From positions 186,001 through 250,000 of the forward strand of contig MU058000.1 in the NCBI GenBank assembly GCA_013265495.1: a stretch of DNA of 64,000 nt, read 5' to 3'. How positions within the stretch are numbered: the first letter of the stretch is position 1; each line of letters starts with the position of its first letter. A program made the translations under genes and the position numbers. This DNA is from Vicugna vicugna (lineage: Eukaryota). This document shows positions 21,990 through 34,205 of the stretch, piece after piece. Under the pieces are notes generated by a model. It saw only the letters and a program-made list of their open reading frames with translations, was not told where the DNA came from and made no database searches.

Positions 21990-23810
21990 CTCATCTCTTC
22001 TTAAAACCACTACCCATTCTCTACCAATGTTGAGTCCAAAGGACATTTTAAATGACTTACCTAACTTGACCTAGATGTTGCATTTGACATTATGAACAAC
22101 TTCTGCAAATTTTTCTCCTAATTTTTTCCCACAACATTCTCTCCTTTTATCTCCTGAATGAATCCTCACTTCTCTGTATGCTTTCCTGGTTCAGCTTCTT
22201 TTATCATTCCTTTAAATGTTGATGCTCCCCAGGGTTCCATCTATAGCTTTCTTTTTCTCTCACTGGAGACTTGGCCTCTGTTTAAGCAGCTCTTTGCAAG
22301 AAACTGAGCTCAGCAGGAAATCCCTTTTCTTGTCACTTTAGCAAAGCTATACTGTAACCAACCTTAAACCAGGCACCCCCGTGCTATGCTCATCGCCAGC
22401 TCAAGCAGATTTTTCAAATCGTTTGATTACACAACACCTTGTCTAACCTGTCAGTTCTTTCCTTAGATCAAAGAAGTAGAACTGAAGAATAAGCAATCAA
22501 TTGAGGAACAGATCTCCTCCCTGGCTTCCCCTTCAGTAATCTCAGGAACAAACTATGCGAGCAGGATAGAGTCTAAAGAAAGATCACAAGGAGTCACAGG
22601 TCTGCAGGCAATGGAAGATGCCTATGTGTTTGATCCCCTATCTCAATGATTAACTGAGGTTACTTCCCTTTTTCCTTTAAAACTTTCATGGCCAATTAGT
22701 ACCTTTGAAGTTGGTTTTGGGGGGACATGAGTCTACCCCCCCAGATTGCTGGCACTCTGATTAAAAGCAACTTTCCTTTCTAACAACTGCCTCTTGGGTA
22801 TTTATTTTCAAGTGGTGAGCAGCTGGACCTCAGTTCAGTAACATCTGGACAATCACAATTATGAAATGTAGCTTTGACAAGGGCCCGTATATAAACAGTT
22901 CCCAAATTGGCCCTCCCAAAAGACATATTCTGTTTCTGAGCTTAAGGTCGAAATTCCAACAGTCTAGTAGCAGACTTGACCTAGATATTTTAAGAGTACC
23001 TCAAACACAGCATCTCAGTCTGGACTCATTATCCCCCACCATCCTCCTAAAAACCCTCAGAGCATGAGAGAAATACCAGGTGAAAACACCCAGTTCTGTC
23101 ACTGCCTAAACTTATTTATATTCACTTATTTACATTCTTTGGGAATTGACTCCTAGCTACTTTGAAGGATTGTTACTATGAGAATAAAGTTACAGTTTAT
23201 AATGGCCCTTCATAAATATGTTTCTAAGTTTCGTCCTACTTCCCTGCAGTCTTTATCTCAGTTGAAGGCACACTGTCCACCCACCTAGACAGCCAAGGCA
23301 GAAACCTGAGACTCATTCTGGACACCTCTCCCTCTCCCTGCATCCACAACCCATCAGTAATAGATTCTGAACCACCCATTATCTGCGTTTCTCTAGCATT
23401 TGCCCCCTTCTCCTTCACTACATTCATTTTAGAGTAAATCTTCATCGTTCCCTATTGCAACTGTCCATTGACACTCATGCTTCTAACTGAACCTTTATAT
23501 AACTGCTCTAAACATAAAAAATAATGTGGCTCCTTGGTTTACAAAAGCTAATGTTTTACATTCGTAGCATGAAGTCTAAGTGCCTTTTCCACTTGGCCTC
23601 CATTCGCCTTTTCAGTTTTCAGTTTTTTCACCAAGTGTCAATTTCCTCAGTACCTTAAGCTTCAGTCACAGACTACGGATGCTGTGTTGTCATTACTTCA
23701 TTGTTTTTCTAGCTTTGGGTTGTGAGTCTGTCTTTCTAACTTTTTCCTAGAGCCTGATACAATACTTGGTGTAAAGGGTGCACAGAATAAATACTTGTCG
23801 AGTTAAAATT
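21990..23810 (+). mobile_element. Fragmented L2 interrupted by an ERV LTR
   Basis: 'catttgacattatgaacaac', 'taaatgttgatgctccccagggttc', 'ttaagagtacctcaaacacagcat', 'caaggcagaaacctgagactcattctggacacctc', end 'aataaatacttgtcgagt'. Confidence 0.75.
22281..22843 (+). mobile_element. ERV1-class solo LTR
   Basis: 4-bp TSD TCTG (22277-22280, 22844-22847); 'cccttttcctttaaaaac', poly(A) signal ATTAAA, ends 'cagttcagtaaca'. Confidence 0.75.
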
Positions 23811-24649
23811 CTCTACAGGTTAAAATCAAATTTTAAAGTATTTACGGCTGCTGAAGAGTACTTCCTGCATCTAATGTGAATGACTGTTAAAAGGTTAAAA
23901 TAGGATATTTTCTCTGTACTCAAGAGTATTTATCTCAATAGTGAAAGAAAGCTCCAACTGTAAGTAATTAAAATAGCCATGTCAGAACAACTTAGCAATA
24001 TAATTCAACCCCATTTAGTACTATTTGTGTGAGATGGGGGAAATACAAATAGGGAGATAGCCCCACCTTGAACTCAGGCTGCAAACTGCTGGGATTCGTA
24101 CCAGCCCAGATATCTGAGGAGTGTGTAGAAAAGGGCCTGCCAGGAACCAGTTCACTTGAAAGATGGAAGTCTCCTGGGAAGACTTCATCCTAAGAAAATA
24201 GTGAGTCAAGCTTTGTCTAGTAATAAAGTTTTAGCATTAATGAAAATCGTAATTCTTAATACAACATGGGATGTGTAATTAGGATTTACAGCTTTAGAAC
24301 CTACTTAAACTGTATAAACTCAAAAGAACACTGTTAGGTTCCACAAGCTTTCTGTGCATCAGCAGTGGTGCCACCAGGGAGGACATGGCAGTCATGTCCA
24401 CCAGTAATGGAGGTTCAGGCACTACAGCAATCAGCAGGGACAGCTGGGAGGCTTCACCAGTGTGGCGCACACCCCAGCTGAGGCAATGAGGCTTACCAAT
24501 GATGGTAATATATGGCATACACAGCAAAATGCAGCCAAAGGGGCACTGATACCCAACAGAGGCAGCGAAGCCTGGCAGGAGCAGCAGCAAATGGCAGAAA
24601 TAAACATAATCCCAGCAAAAGGGGTAGGGGTTGCTTGGCTCATACCAAG

Positions 24650-25105
24650 TGCAGTAAGTTAAATAGTGACCTCCCAAGGTTCCACCTGGGACCTCAGTAT
24701 GTGACCTTATTTGGACATAAAGTTAATTAAAGATCTCAAGAAGAAATCATCCTGGATTAAGTGTGGGTCCTAAAATCCAAGGACTGGTGTCTTTATAAAA
24801 CAAGGGAGAAGGCGATTTGGATGCAGAGACAGAGACACACAAGGAAGAAGGCCACGAGATGATGGAGGTAGAAATTGATGAGTGATGCAGCTATAAGCCA
24901 AGTAATGCCACAGGTTTCCAGTCACCACCAGAAGCTGAAAGAGGCAAGAAAGGATTATTCCCTAGAGCCTTCAGAGGGCGCATGACCCAGGCAGTATCTT
25001 GATTTCTGACTTCTAGCCTCCAGAACTAAGAGGAAATAGATTTCTGTCACTGTAAGCCACCACTTTTGTGGTACTTTCTTATGGCAACCCTGGGAAATCA
25101 GTAGA
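24650..25105 (+). mobile_element. MLT1B/C-like MaLR solo LTR
   Basis: 'atgtgaccttatttgga', 'ccaccagaagctgaaagaggcaagaaaggatt', 'ctagagccttcagagg', 'gtggtactttcttatggcaaccctgggaaa'. Confidence 0.85.
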
Positions 25106-26359
25106 GCATGTGTTACTAATTAGACATGGGTATATGTTCATCAGAAACACACACTCAGACTCCTCAAAATACGTGCAGCAACAGGAGAGAAGACTTTACT
25201 GAGAGGGTGAGACCTGCAAAAACAAGAAAGGAGATGAGCTAGTAAAATAGACATGTTACACTGTCAAGAGAAATAGTCTTTTTTGTTTTGTCTGCATTTT
25301 CTTAGATCACCACTTGTTTCTGTTATCTCCAAAAGAAGATACTGTTATTCTCAGAAATCTCACTGATACAAAATAATGAGAGATCAAAGCTCAAATCTCA
25401 AAGAAGCAATTAGTAATGACCATTAATTTTAGCCTCTTTTGTTAACATTCAACTCAATGAAATGACACAAAATAGTATTAATATAAAACATTTCTTTTAA
25501 GGTAATAATTTAACCACTCTTTATTTCTATAAAATTAAGCTCACTCGAAAATGAAAGGATGTGAGTCACGACAACTGGCCTTTAGTTAATGTCTCATGTG
25601 AATTAATTAATCAGATAATAAAGACACAGAAGAGGCACAGTAACAAACAGTTCACACTGTTATTTCAATGAAGTAGAACACATTCAAGAATACACGCTTC
25701 AATTACCAATTTGCATTTTCTAGGGAAATAACCCATTTTCATGGAACAAAATGTATTCTATCTCATTCAGTGAAAATGAGAGGGCAATAGCAAAGTTTTG
25801 AGGAAAGACTACAATTGGTGAGAAATAAGACATATTACAACTCTACCTATGTGACATGGGCTATATTATCAAAACACTTTGCATCCCAGATTCCTCATCG
25901 GTAAGTTAAAAAGTTAATGAGGTTGCTTTTCACTCTAAAAAGCTATCACTCCATGAACTATATATAAACATAACACTATCTTACCCAATTCGCAACAAAA
26001 ATGAAGCAGTTGAGATATATTATCAGCACATTTCTAAATGATTTTCCTTTTTTTAGAATGACTCATATATGAAAATATAACACCAATCATTTTATTCATT
26101 AAATGTTAGCTAATACTTATATTTTATAGAAATGCATTAAAGTATTGTACCTTGCGTAAAAAAATGGCTGCTGTCACCAAAGAGTTAATATTCTAATAGG
26201 AAAAAATGAGACAAGAAATTAGCAGCCTGCAGTAAAAATGAAGATAATAATTTTAGTATGGAATGTGGAGGTCTTACGATTTAACAGGTTGGTTAAGGCA
26301 ATCTTATGTAGGATGTAGCATTTAAATTGGGCATTAAGATGTAAAGGAATTAAAACAAG

Positions 26360-27215
26360 CGAAGAACACTGACAATACCAAAGGCTGGCAAGGATGTGGA
26401 ACAAGGGGAATTCTCATTCACTGTGGGAATGCAAAGTTCCATACACACTTTAGAAGACAATCTGGAAGTTTCTTACAAAACTAAACATACTCTTGCCATA
26501 CGATCCAGCGATTGTGCTGTTTGGTATTTACCTAAGCAAATTGTAAACTTATGTCCACATAAAAAGCTGCACAGGGATTTTAACAGCAGCTTTATTCATA
26601 ATTGCCAAAATTTGGAAGTAATCAAGATGGCTGTCATCAGGTGGATGGATAAATAAACTGTGGTACACCCAGACAACGGAATATCACTCAGTGCTAAAAA
26701 GAAATGAGCTATCAAGCCATAAAAATGCAAGAGAGAGGAACCTTAAATGCATATTACAAAGTGAAAGAAACCAATCTCAAAAGAGTATATATTGTATGAT
26801 TCTAAATCTGTGACATTCTGGTAACAGCAAGAAGATCAGTGATTGTCAGGGAGAGAGAAGGGCGAACAAACAGAGAGCAAAGAGGATGTTTAGCGCTGTG
26901 AAAACTTTGTACGACACTATAAGGGTGGATACATGTCACTGTATAATTTTCAATACCCATAGAGTGTATAACACCAAGAGTAAAACCCTAATGTAAAGTA
27001 CGGATCCTGGATCACTATGATTCGTCAATGTAGGTTTATCAACAATAATAAATGTACCACTCTGGTTGGGGACTTTGATAAAGAGGGGAGGCTATGCATG
27101 CATGGGAGCAGCGGGTACACAGGAACTCTATGTACTATGTACTTTATGTACTTTTCACTCAATTTTGCTATGAATCTAAAACCACTTTCAAAAATAAGTC
27201 TGTTTTTAAAAAAGT
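26360..27215 (+). mobile_element. L1MC1-like 3' end
   Basis: 'ttcttacaaaactaaacatactc', 'aaaaagaaatgagctatcaagccat', 'acaccaagagt..aaccctaatgtaa', 'aaatgtaccactctgg', A-rich tail; same family type as 1-1020. Confidence 0.9.
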
Positions 27216-27443
27216 AAAAGTTAATGGAAGGACTTGGGAGACAATATATTCCAAGCAAAGACAAATATATTTTAAAAAGGCATAAAGTTAGAAAAGCACA
27301 GTGGCTATTAAGGGTTCTGGTGATGTTCAAATTGATCAAAATACACAGTTCTTCTACATCAGTAGCAGAATTGATCTTTAATGAATACATCTTAAATATA
27401 AAATACACATGTGCTTAGGAAACATACAACTTTATATATGAAA

Positions 27444-27475
27444 ATGTGTGTGCGTGTATGTGTGTGTGTGTGTGT
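27444..27475. repeat. Imperfect (TG)n microsatellite
   Basis: Read directly. Confidence 0.9.
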
Positions 27476-27741
27476 ATAAATGGATGTGTAATATTCCACT
27501 AAATACATTCATGAATGTAATCAACAAATATTATTGAGTGCCTACTGTGTTCAGGCATATTTAAATGTACCAGAACTTATTCAGTATTCTCTCCTTTGGC
27601 CAATTATGTTGATTCCCTATGTTTATTATCATAACACTAAGATGAATATACGTGCATATAAATCTTTCACAAATTTTTTTACTCTTCTAAGAGCAATTTC
27701 TTAGAAGTAGGTCAAGGAATATGTTCATTTATAAGGTCTTT

Positions 27742-27783
<42 letters not shown>
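27742..27783. repeat. (TA)n(TG)n microsatellite within an antisense L1 fragment
   Basis: Read directly; flanks 'aatttcttagaagtaggtcaaggaatatg' are L1-like on the minus strand. Confidence 0.9.
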
Positions 27784-28223
27784 AAAACTTCACTCTAGAA
27801 AGACTGTATGGAAAGTTTAAGAATGCTCATATCACTATCTCCTACCAACACTGTGTATCATCAGCTTAAAAAAAAAAAATCTGTCAGAATTTCCATGCAA
27901 TTTACCTATCTCCTTTCGTCTTTTTACTCCATTTTGCTCACCTGTTTCCTCTGCATGACGTATCTTATTTTCCAACACCTCTCACGTGAGGGCCCTTCGT
28001 TGTGTTCAGCACATCCAATAGTCTAAAAATTATTTTTTCCTGGAACTTGAAGTACATCATTTTCAAAGTCATGCTTTTTTTTGAGCCTTCAAGTAATATT
28101 TTCTTTTCCTTGAACTATAGTATTTTATAAACAGACTCCATATTGATTTCTTCTCCTTTACTTATCCTTAAATAACGCAACGGCTATCAAGATGCAACCA
28201 TGCCCCTTTGAGATCTACTGTTG

Positions 28224-28443
28224 CAGTGGGACCGCAACTGGAGGCAATTTTGCTTTGAAGGGACATTTGGCAATGTCTGAAAATATTTTTGATTGTTGAG
28301 ACTGGGGAGAGTAGGTGAGATGCTGGTATCCACTAAGTAAAGGTCGGGAATATGGCTACATAGCCAGTAATGCACAGCACAGCCTCCCAAAACAAAGGAT
28401 GACACAGTCCAAAATATCTATGTGCTGAGGTTGAGCAACCTCG
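28224..28443. mobile_element. MER20 (hAT-Charlie)
   Basis: 'gggacatttggcaatgtctga..atattttgattgt', 'taatgcacagcacagcctccc', 'gtgctgaggttgag'. Confidence 0.9.
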
Positions 28444-30379
28444 TGTTAAAAAACCAGTTGCTATCTATTGCTTTGGATCTAATTCACAATATTTTGCAGG
28501 CATTCATTAACGTAATGCAGTTTTCCTGAGGTGGACGTTGCTTCTAATCTCACTGCTTGGTTCTCAGGCCCGCTAACTAGCAGAGTATATGGAAAATTGT
28601 ATTTCCTTATCTTCTAAATTTAATTAGATTTAGTATTTTTCCAATCTTTATTAACAGAACATAGGTCAAAATAATGCACATACTAGCCCACCTCTTATGT
28701 CTTGATGAATTAATTTCTGGAAGTTACTGCTTCTCAGTGGACACAGAAATATGGCTATCTCAAAAATCAGAGAGTGAGAGAGTTAACTGGTTTAATGGGT
28801 ACTATAGAATCTGGGTCTCCAAGTTATGAGAAAAGGTGGAGAAAAAGTGTCTTTCTTCTTACCTCTTTTCGGGGTAGGGGGAGGTAGGTGTTTAATCAAA
28901 GAAGTAAAGCATGATTCAGTTTTCCTCAATTCATTTTTACCTGCCTTATGTTTATGAAGTTTAATTCTAGATTTCGTATTAGGTTGTCCAATTAGGTTAT
29001 CTGTTAGTCTTGGTTTTTAGTATTACTGGTATTTTTTGTCTTGTAAGGAGCTTGATAGATATTTGGGTGAGATGCTGGAAGAGACTTCATCAGATGTTGC
29101 AAAGAATACATGATTATGAATCAAAGCCTAAACTATGATGTTCATTTATCAACTGAAAATGTACCAAACTAAACTTACATCATCAGTCCTTCTTTGCTAA
29201 TCTTTACTTACTTTAGTAAAGTAATATCTATTTCAATCTTTCCCTAAAAGAGATCCTAAGATGGGTGCATAAAAATAAAAGTATGCTAATGGAAATATCA
29301 ATTAATAAAAGAAATCCGTAAAAGAGTATCTACATATTTGTAAACTTAAAAAAATACAGTTGTAGAAGCCCATCTGTTAACTCATTCTTTCATTTATTAA
29401 ATAATAATTTAAATATGAAATTGTATTAAACACTACCACTAGTGTTTAATCAAAGGGAAATTAATGGATCATCAAAGGAAAATGAACAGCATACTCCTCA
29501 CCTCACCTTATGATTTTTGCAAGAAGAAAGGTAAGATCTAGTTTCAGCAAACAGAAAACAATGATAAAGTAACACATAAGCTGGTTCACAATAAAGTACA
29601 GATAGTATCAAGTGGGCTTCCACCATGGCTTAGAATTTCTATGAAAGGCTTGGAAAGTGCGTTTGGCTCAGTGGAGCTGGCGGATCTAGCCGATGTAAGA
29701 AAGTGTAAAATAATGACATGAAGCATCAGCAACAACAAATAAGCAGGACAGCTTAACCATAAGGGTGACATGCAATTGTGGAGGAAGGGGCCTGGCAAGC
29801 AGGTAAGACCCTGCAGCTGTTTCATAAAGACGTACAGGGTAGGGAGACGGAAATGGGGTGGGTGCGTCACGGGGGTGGGCTCCAAAGGCAAATATGAAGA
29901 ACTGCGGTTCAAACTGCACTCTCCAATTTCCCTCCTTCCCACTCCCACCCCTGCAACTGACAGGTAGTGCACAAAGAAGTGACAGGTGAGACATCTGTCT
30001 TCTGAGGACCCCCATCACCTTACCTGCTCTACTTGATACTAATCTATCTGGTGGAGGTAAAAAGAAAGAAAAAAAAGTCGAAAGAGCATGTCTCTAAGCT
30101 CTGGATTATGACAAAGAATGTGATATCTAGAGAGCATAAAAGAATTAAATAATCAAAGAATAAAAACCAAAAGAAATAAAAATGCTAACGCAGCAGAGGA
30201 AATGTGAGCCTGGCGAAGAGACTGGAGAGTGGATGAATGAAACAAAAAGATGAAGGGGAAACGGTAGGAACTCTGGGCCTCTGCAACCTCAGAAAGAAAG
30301 AAGCCAAGCTGCCCAAAGTCTGACCTCCAGGACACTAGGATGGGGTTTACATGGGGGAAACTGTTAAACAGCTAATTCT

Positions 30380-30493
30380 AAGGTCTCACATTGCAATTAT
30401 AAAATCAGACTCTCTGGGGGATGGGGCTCAAAAATCTGCATTTTAAAAAAAGCCCTCCAGATATTTATGCATATTAACCTTTGGGAACCACTG
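30380..30493. mobile_element. MER5-like fragment
   Basis: 'aatcagactctctgggggatggggctcaaaaatctgcattttaa..gccctccag..ttgggaaccactg'. Confidence 0.75.
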
Positions 30494-31569
30494 GAATGGA
30501 GGAAGAAACTAATACTTTTGATTTAAAAGTACAGTGTTCTGTTGAGTTTCTTCACTTAGTAAGGACACAGAATGCACAGAACAGTATTTAAAAAAATCAC
30601 ATCCTGGCATAAGTATTGCTTCATGAGACTTTTGTTTCAGTCATAAAAGTGCGTGCAATGCATGTGTGTGTGTGTCCATTGTTACACACGTGTGTACACC
30701 AGGTAGTGACAAAGAGTGCATTTCTTATGGAAAGTCATGTTCAAAAAAATTGAGAAAGACTCTGGTTCACAGAATAATAAAGAAAGTTGAGGAATTTAGT
30801 TCTTAATCTCAGGAAGGAGAGCTGGGTATTTGTGATTGGTGATATCCTGCTCTATAGGCCTGACATGACATATGAGAAAGTTTACTGTTTTCCTGAAGCA
30901 AATATCAGATATGTGACCTGATAAAGCTTATCAAACCCCCTGGCTGGCATCTATCATTTCTGATTCACTTGGCCATGAATAATATAGCCCGGAAAAAAAT
31001 GGAATACCGATAGTGACTCTGAAGCCCAAGACAGGAAGCTGAAGTGCTTGGCAGATACAGTTTTCATTTTTTCTTTTAGTTGAAGGCTAGGACATTTAAA
31101 TAGAAAAGGGGATATGGGAGGTGAAGAACTAGCTACATAGATGACAGAAGACAAAATGGGTTAGGTTTCTGATACCAGGGACATGAAGACAAAAGGGGTT
31201 GCTGGCAGGGAAGGAAGTTTATCTCATCATTATTTGGAAGAAAAATTTGGTGAGATTTTTATCTGCATGCCAGAGAGGATTTTGACCTAAAATGGGGAAA
31301 GTAGAAAAATATTTAAAATCAGACACTATGTGAATCAATATTCAGAATGAGCTAAATATTTCATAAGAGAAAGTAAACCATGGAAAAGTGAAGGAAGGAC
31401 TATATAAACAGCAGTGGACATCTACGTATCTTACTGAGAATACGGGTGACAGTCATTGTGAAATTTAGAGCTGAACAGATGGAGGCAAAAACAAAGTCCT
31501 CAGTTTCATCAATGAGGCTCACTTACACAACAGATACTCGACTCACTCAGTCTCTTACTTAGAGAGGAA

Positions 31570-32760
31570 AGAAATGGGCTTTACTCCCTAGGAAGTTCTA
31601 CTTTAGGAAAACAGGCACCTAACACATAAAATTATATTAATGGAACATTACTGGTCTTCAGAAAGATGCAGATAAATTGCAGTGGGAGTTTAAAGGAAGA
31701 AGAAAAGACCTGGAAGGGAAATTAGGGGACACTTTCTGCAAGAGATAGTTTACTTTGAAATAAGTCTTATAAAAGGAGTTAGACTCAAAAATCATGTCTG
31801 GAATGGGACAATGGAATAGTAAGAATTGTTTTAGAAACCCAGTCTAATGAAGTGGTCAGGTAGCAATATGTTCCAATATATTTATACACTTCTTTGTATA
31901 TTTCACGTTAAGTGTATTCATCATAAATACATGTACAAAAATATGAATAAAATTAGGAAGTATAGAGAGCAGGTTTTTTGTGAATAAAGGAAAGAGAAAT
32001 AAATTGATATTTCTGGGGAGGATACTATATCCTGCTTTGTTAAACAGCTAACATGGAAGATGTCATATCAAAACTCGATGTAAAGCCAGACCACAGAGCA
32101 ACATCTAGTAGTGAAGGAAGAACAAAAATACAATACAAAGCCTCATCTTATCAGCAATTGTGTCTTCTTTATCTTTGCACTTCCTGTACATTACCCATTC
32201 ATTTATTCCTTTCTCCCTACTTTGAGCACTGCACAGTAAACATTCATGGATTTGCCAAGCAAATGACAAAAAGTGGAAAAAAAAATGAATGAAAGTTTCT
32301 AGAAAGAGAGTGCTTGATATATTCTCAACTAGCTGGACTGGGGAGAGCACAGGACATGATCAGAAAACATAAATTCAATTTGGCTGGAACACTGGGAGCA
32401 TGAAGAAGAACATAATGTTCACCAAGGGGATTGATGAGAAATTAACATGTAAAAGTTACATTGACTCTGGTTGGATAACTTGAATCCAGACGTTACCACT
32501 TAGACGTTCTACATTTAGTGATGGGAAGCCACTGAGGATTCTTAAGAAGCGACTTTATTGAAGAGAAGTCTAAGAAAATTAATTTGGTGATAGGTTGGAT
32601 TAGGAAAGACCCTGTGCTAGAGTAAAGGGTGTGAAAATCATCATGGTAGTTGAAATCACGGGAGTAGATAGGTCCCTAGAAAGAAGTCCAACGACAGAGC
32701 TTTAGAGATTTCCTCTCACCTGAAAATTGCCTGAAAGAGTACAGAGTACTTGGTGTTTCC
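31570..32760 (-). mobile_element. Degenerate L2 fragments, antisense
   Basis: 'gatgggaagccactgaggattcttaag', 'ggtagttgaaatcacgggagtagata', 'gtgggagtttaaaggaagaaga'. Confidence 0.55.
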
Positions 32761-33750
32761 ACTTTCCTAACACCTATTTAACCCTTGTACTTTGACTTGA
32801 AATGGTCTCTCAAGTATCAGTGGTGATCTAACTGCCGAATGTAATGTCCCTTCCTTTTCCTCAACGTTCATCTCTAACTTTCTTAAGGTACTTTATACAA
32901 CTACTCTTTCTTAAAACACTTTCTTTGGATTTTTTACTCTTGGTGTTCACCCACCTCTCAGATCAGTATTTTCACACCTTTTTAGTCTCTTCTTCCTACT
33001 TCTCCCCACCCATACAGGTTCGTAATTTTCAAGGTCTTATTCTTGACCTTTCCTTTTCTCTTTGTGAGCTTTTTTTTTTCTTTCATCCATTCTGTGGATG
33101 GGCTTTAACACACCCTCTATAAGCTGCAACTGCTCTTCTAAACTGCAGTTTCCACCACTTGAGCTTATGTTCTAACTGTTCTGAAGATGCAATTTGTGCA
33201 AATTATCACACACCTGACATCAAAATTATTTTTTTCTCTAAATGGCACCACAATTTTCAGTCACACAGTCTAAATAAATGTCCCTTTCTTCTTTCACTCT
33301 CTTAAATGAGTTAGTAATTCCTGTTGGTTCTTTGTTCACATACACTCACATCCAAACCCTTAATGTATCTGAATTGTTTCTACCCCTATTTATGCCCTTA
33401 TTATTTCATATTTCATATCTAGACCTGACTGCCAAATCTAGGCAGGGGGATGGGAGGGGGGATTACACAAGATTATATTTTGGAATTCAGGAATAAAATA
33501 CTGTAACTTCTCTATCCCTATATTTATATTTCTCTCTCTAGCTAACCATCTATCTATCCTCTTTAGATTGCCAGAGTGATCTCATTAAAATATAAATCTA
33601 GTAATGTCATATCCCAGTACATTCTTCAATTAGAGATTTATAATAATGTACAAAATCCTTAAATAACATAAAAGACTGGTCATAATGTGGCTTCTGTATC
33701 CTGTTCCTGTCTAGTCACTCACCACATGCCCTTCACAATTATCATACATG
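32760..33750 (+). mobile_element. Degenerate L2 fragments, sense
   Basis: 'ctctttcttaaaacactttctttgg', 'aatggcaccacaattttcagtcac', 'tgccagagtgatctcattaaaatataaatct'. Confidence 0.55.
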
Positions 33751-33809
33751 TCCTCTATGATTCTCCTATTTTCTCCTTCCAAGCTCCCCTTCTTTGTCTA
33801 CCTGGCATC

Positions 33810-34205
33810 CTCCTAAGAGGCCCAGGGGTAAGCACAGGACCCAGGCTTGGACATTCATAAAATAACTTCCTCTTGGCCACAAGGATTGGCTCCCAGGAAG
33901 ACAGCTGATTGAGTTAAGGAGAAGTCTGCAGAGAACTTCTCTTAGGACGTTCAGGAAAGAGGCATCTTACCACTGGGATTGTATGGCTGGTAGAAGGACA
34001 CGTGGAGGGTGTTGGTTACCTTTGCTGCCACCTGGGAGAAATCCTGAGTAACACAGGAGAAGATGGAGAAGAGATGAAAGCAGATTCCTGACAACAAACC
34101 TATGCTGGGCTTTGGGGTTACGTGAGTCAAGGAAAACCTTCATTTTGTTTAAGCCAATTTGAGTCTATCTTCTTTTTGTTGCAGCTGAAAGCATCCTACT
34201 GATAA
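33810..34205 (+). mobile_element. Old MaLR LTR fragment (MLT1J/K-like)
   Basis: 'cttggccacaaggattggctc', end 'tttgtttaagccaatttgagtct..tgttgcagctgaaagcatcctactgata'. Confidence 0.65.

Noticed and set aside
29586..30018. Overlapping 128-aa and 110-aa minus ORFs
   Set aside because: Locally higher GC lowers stop frequency; peptides unrecognised and no clear exon boundaries.
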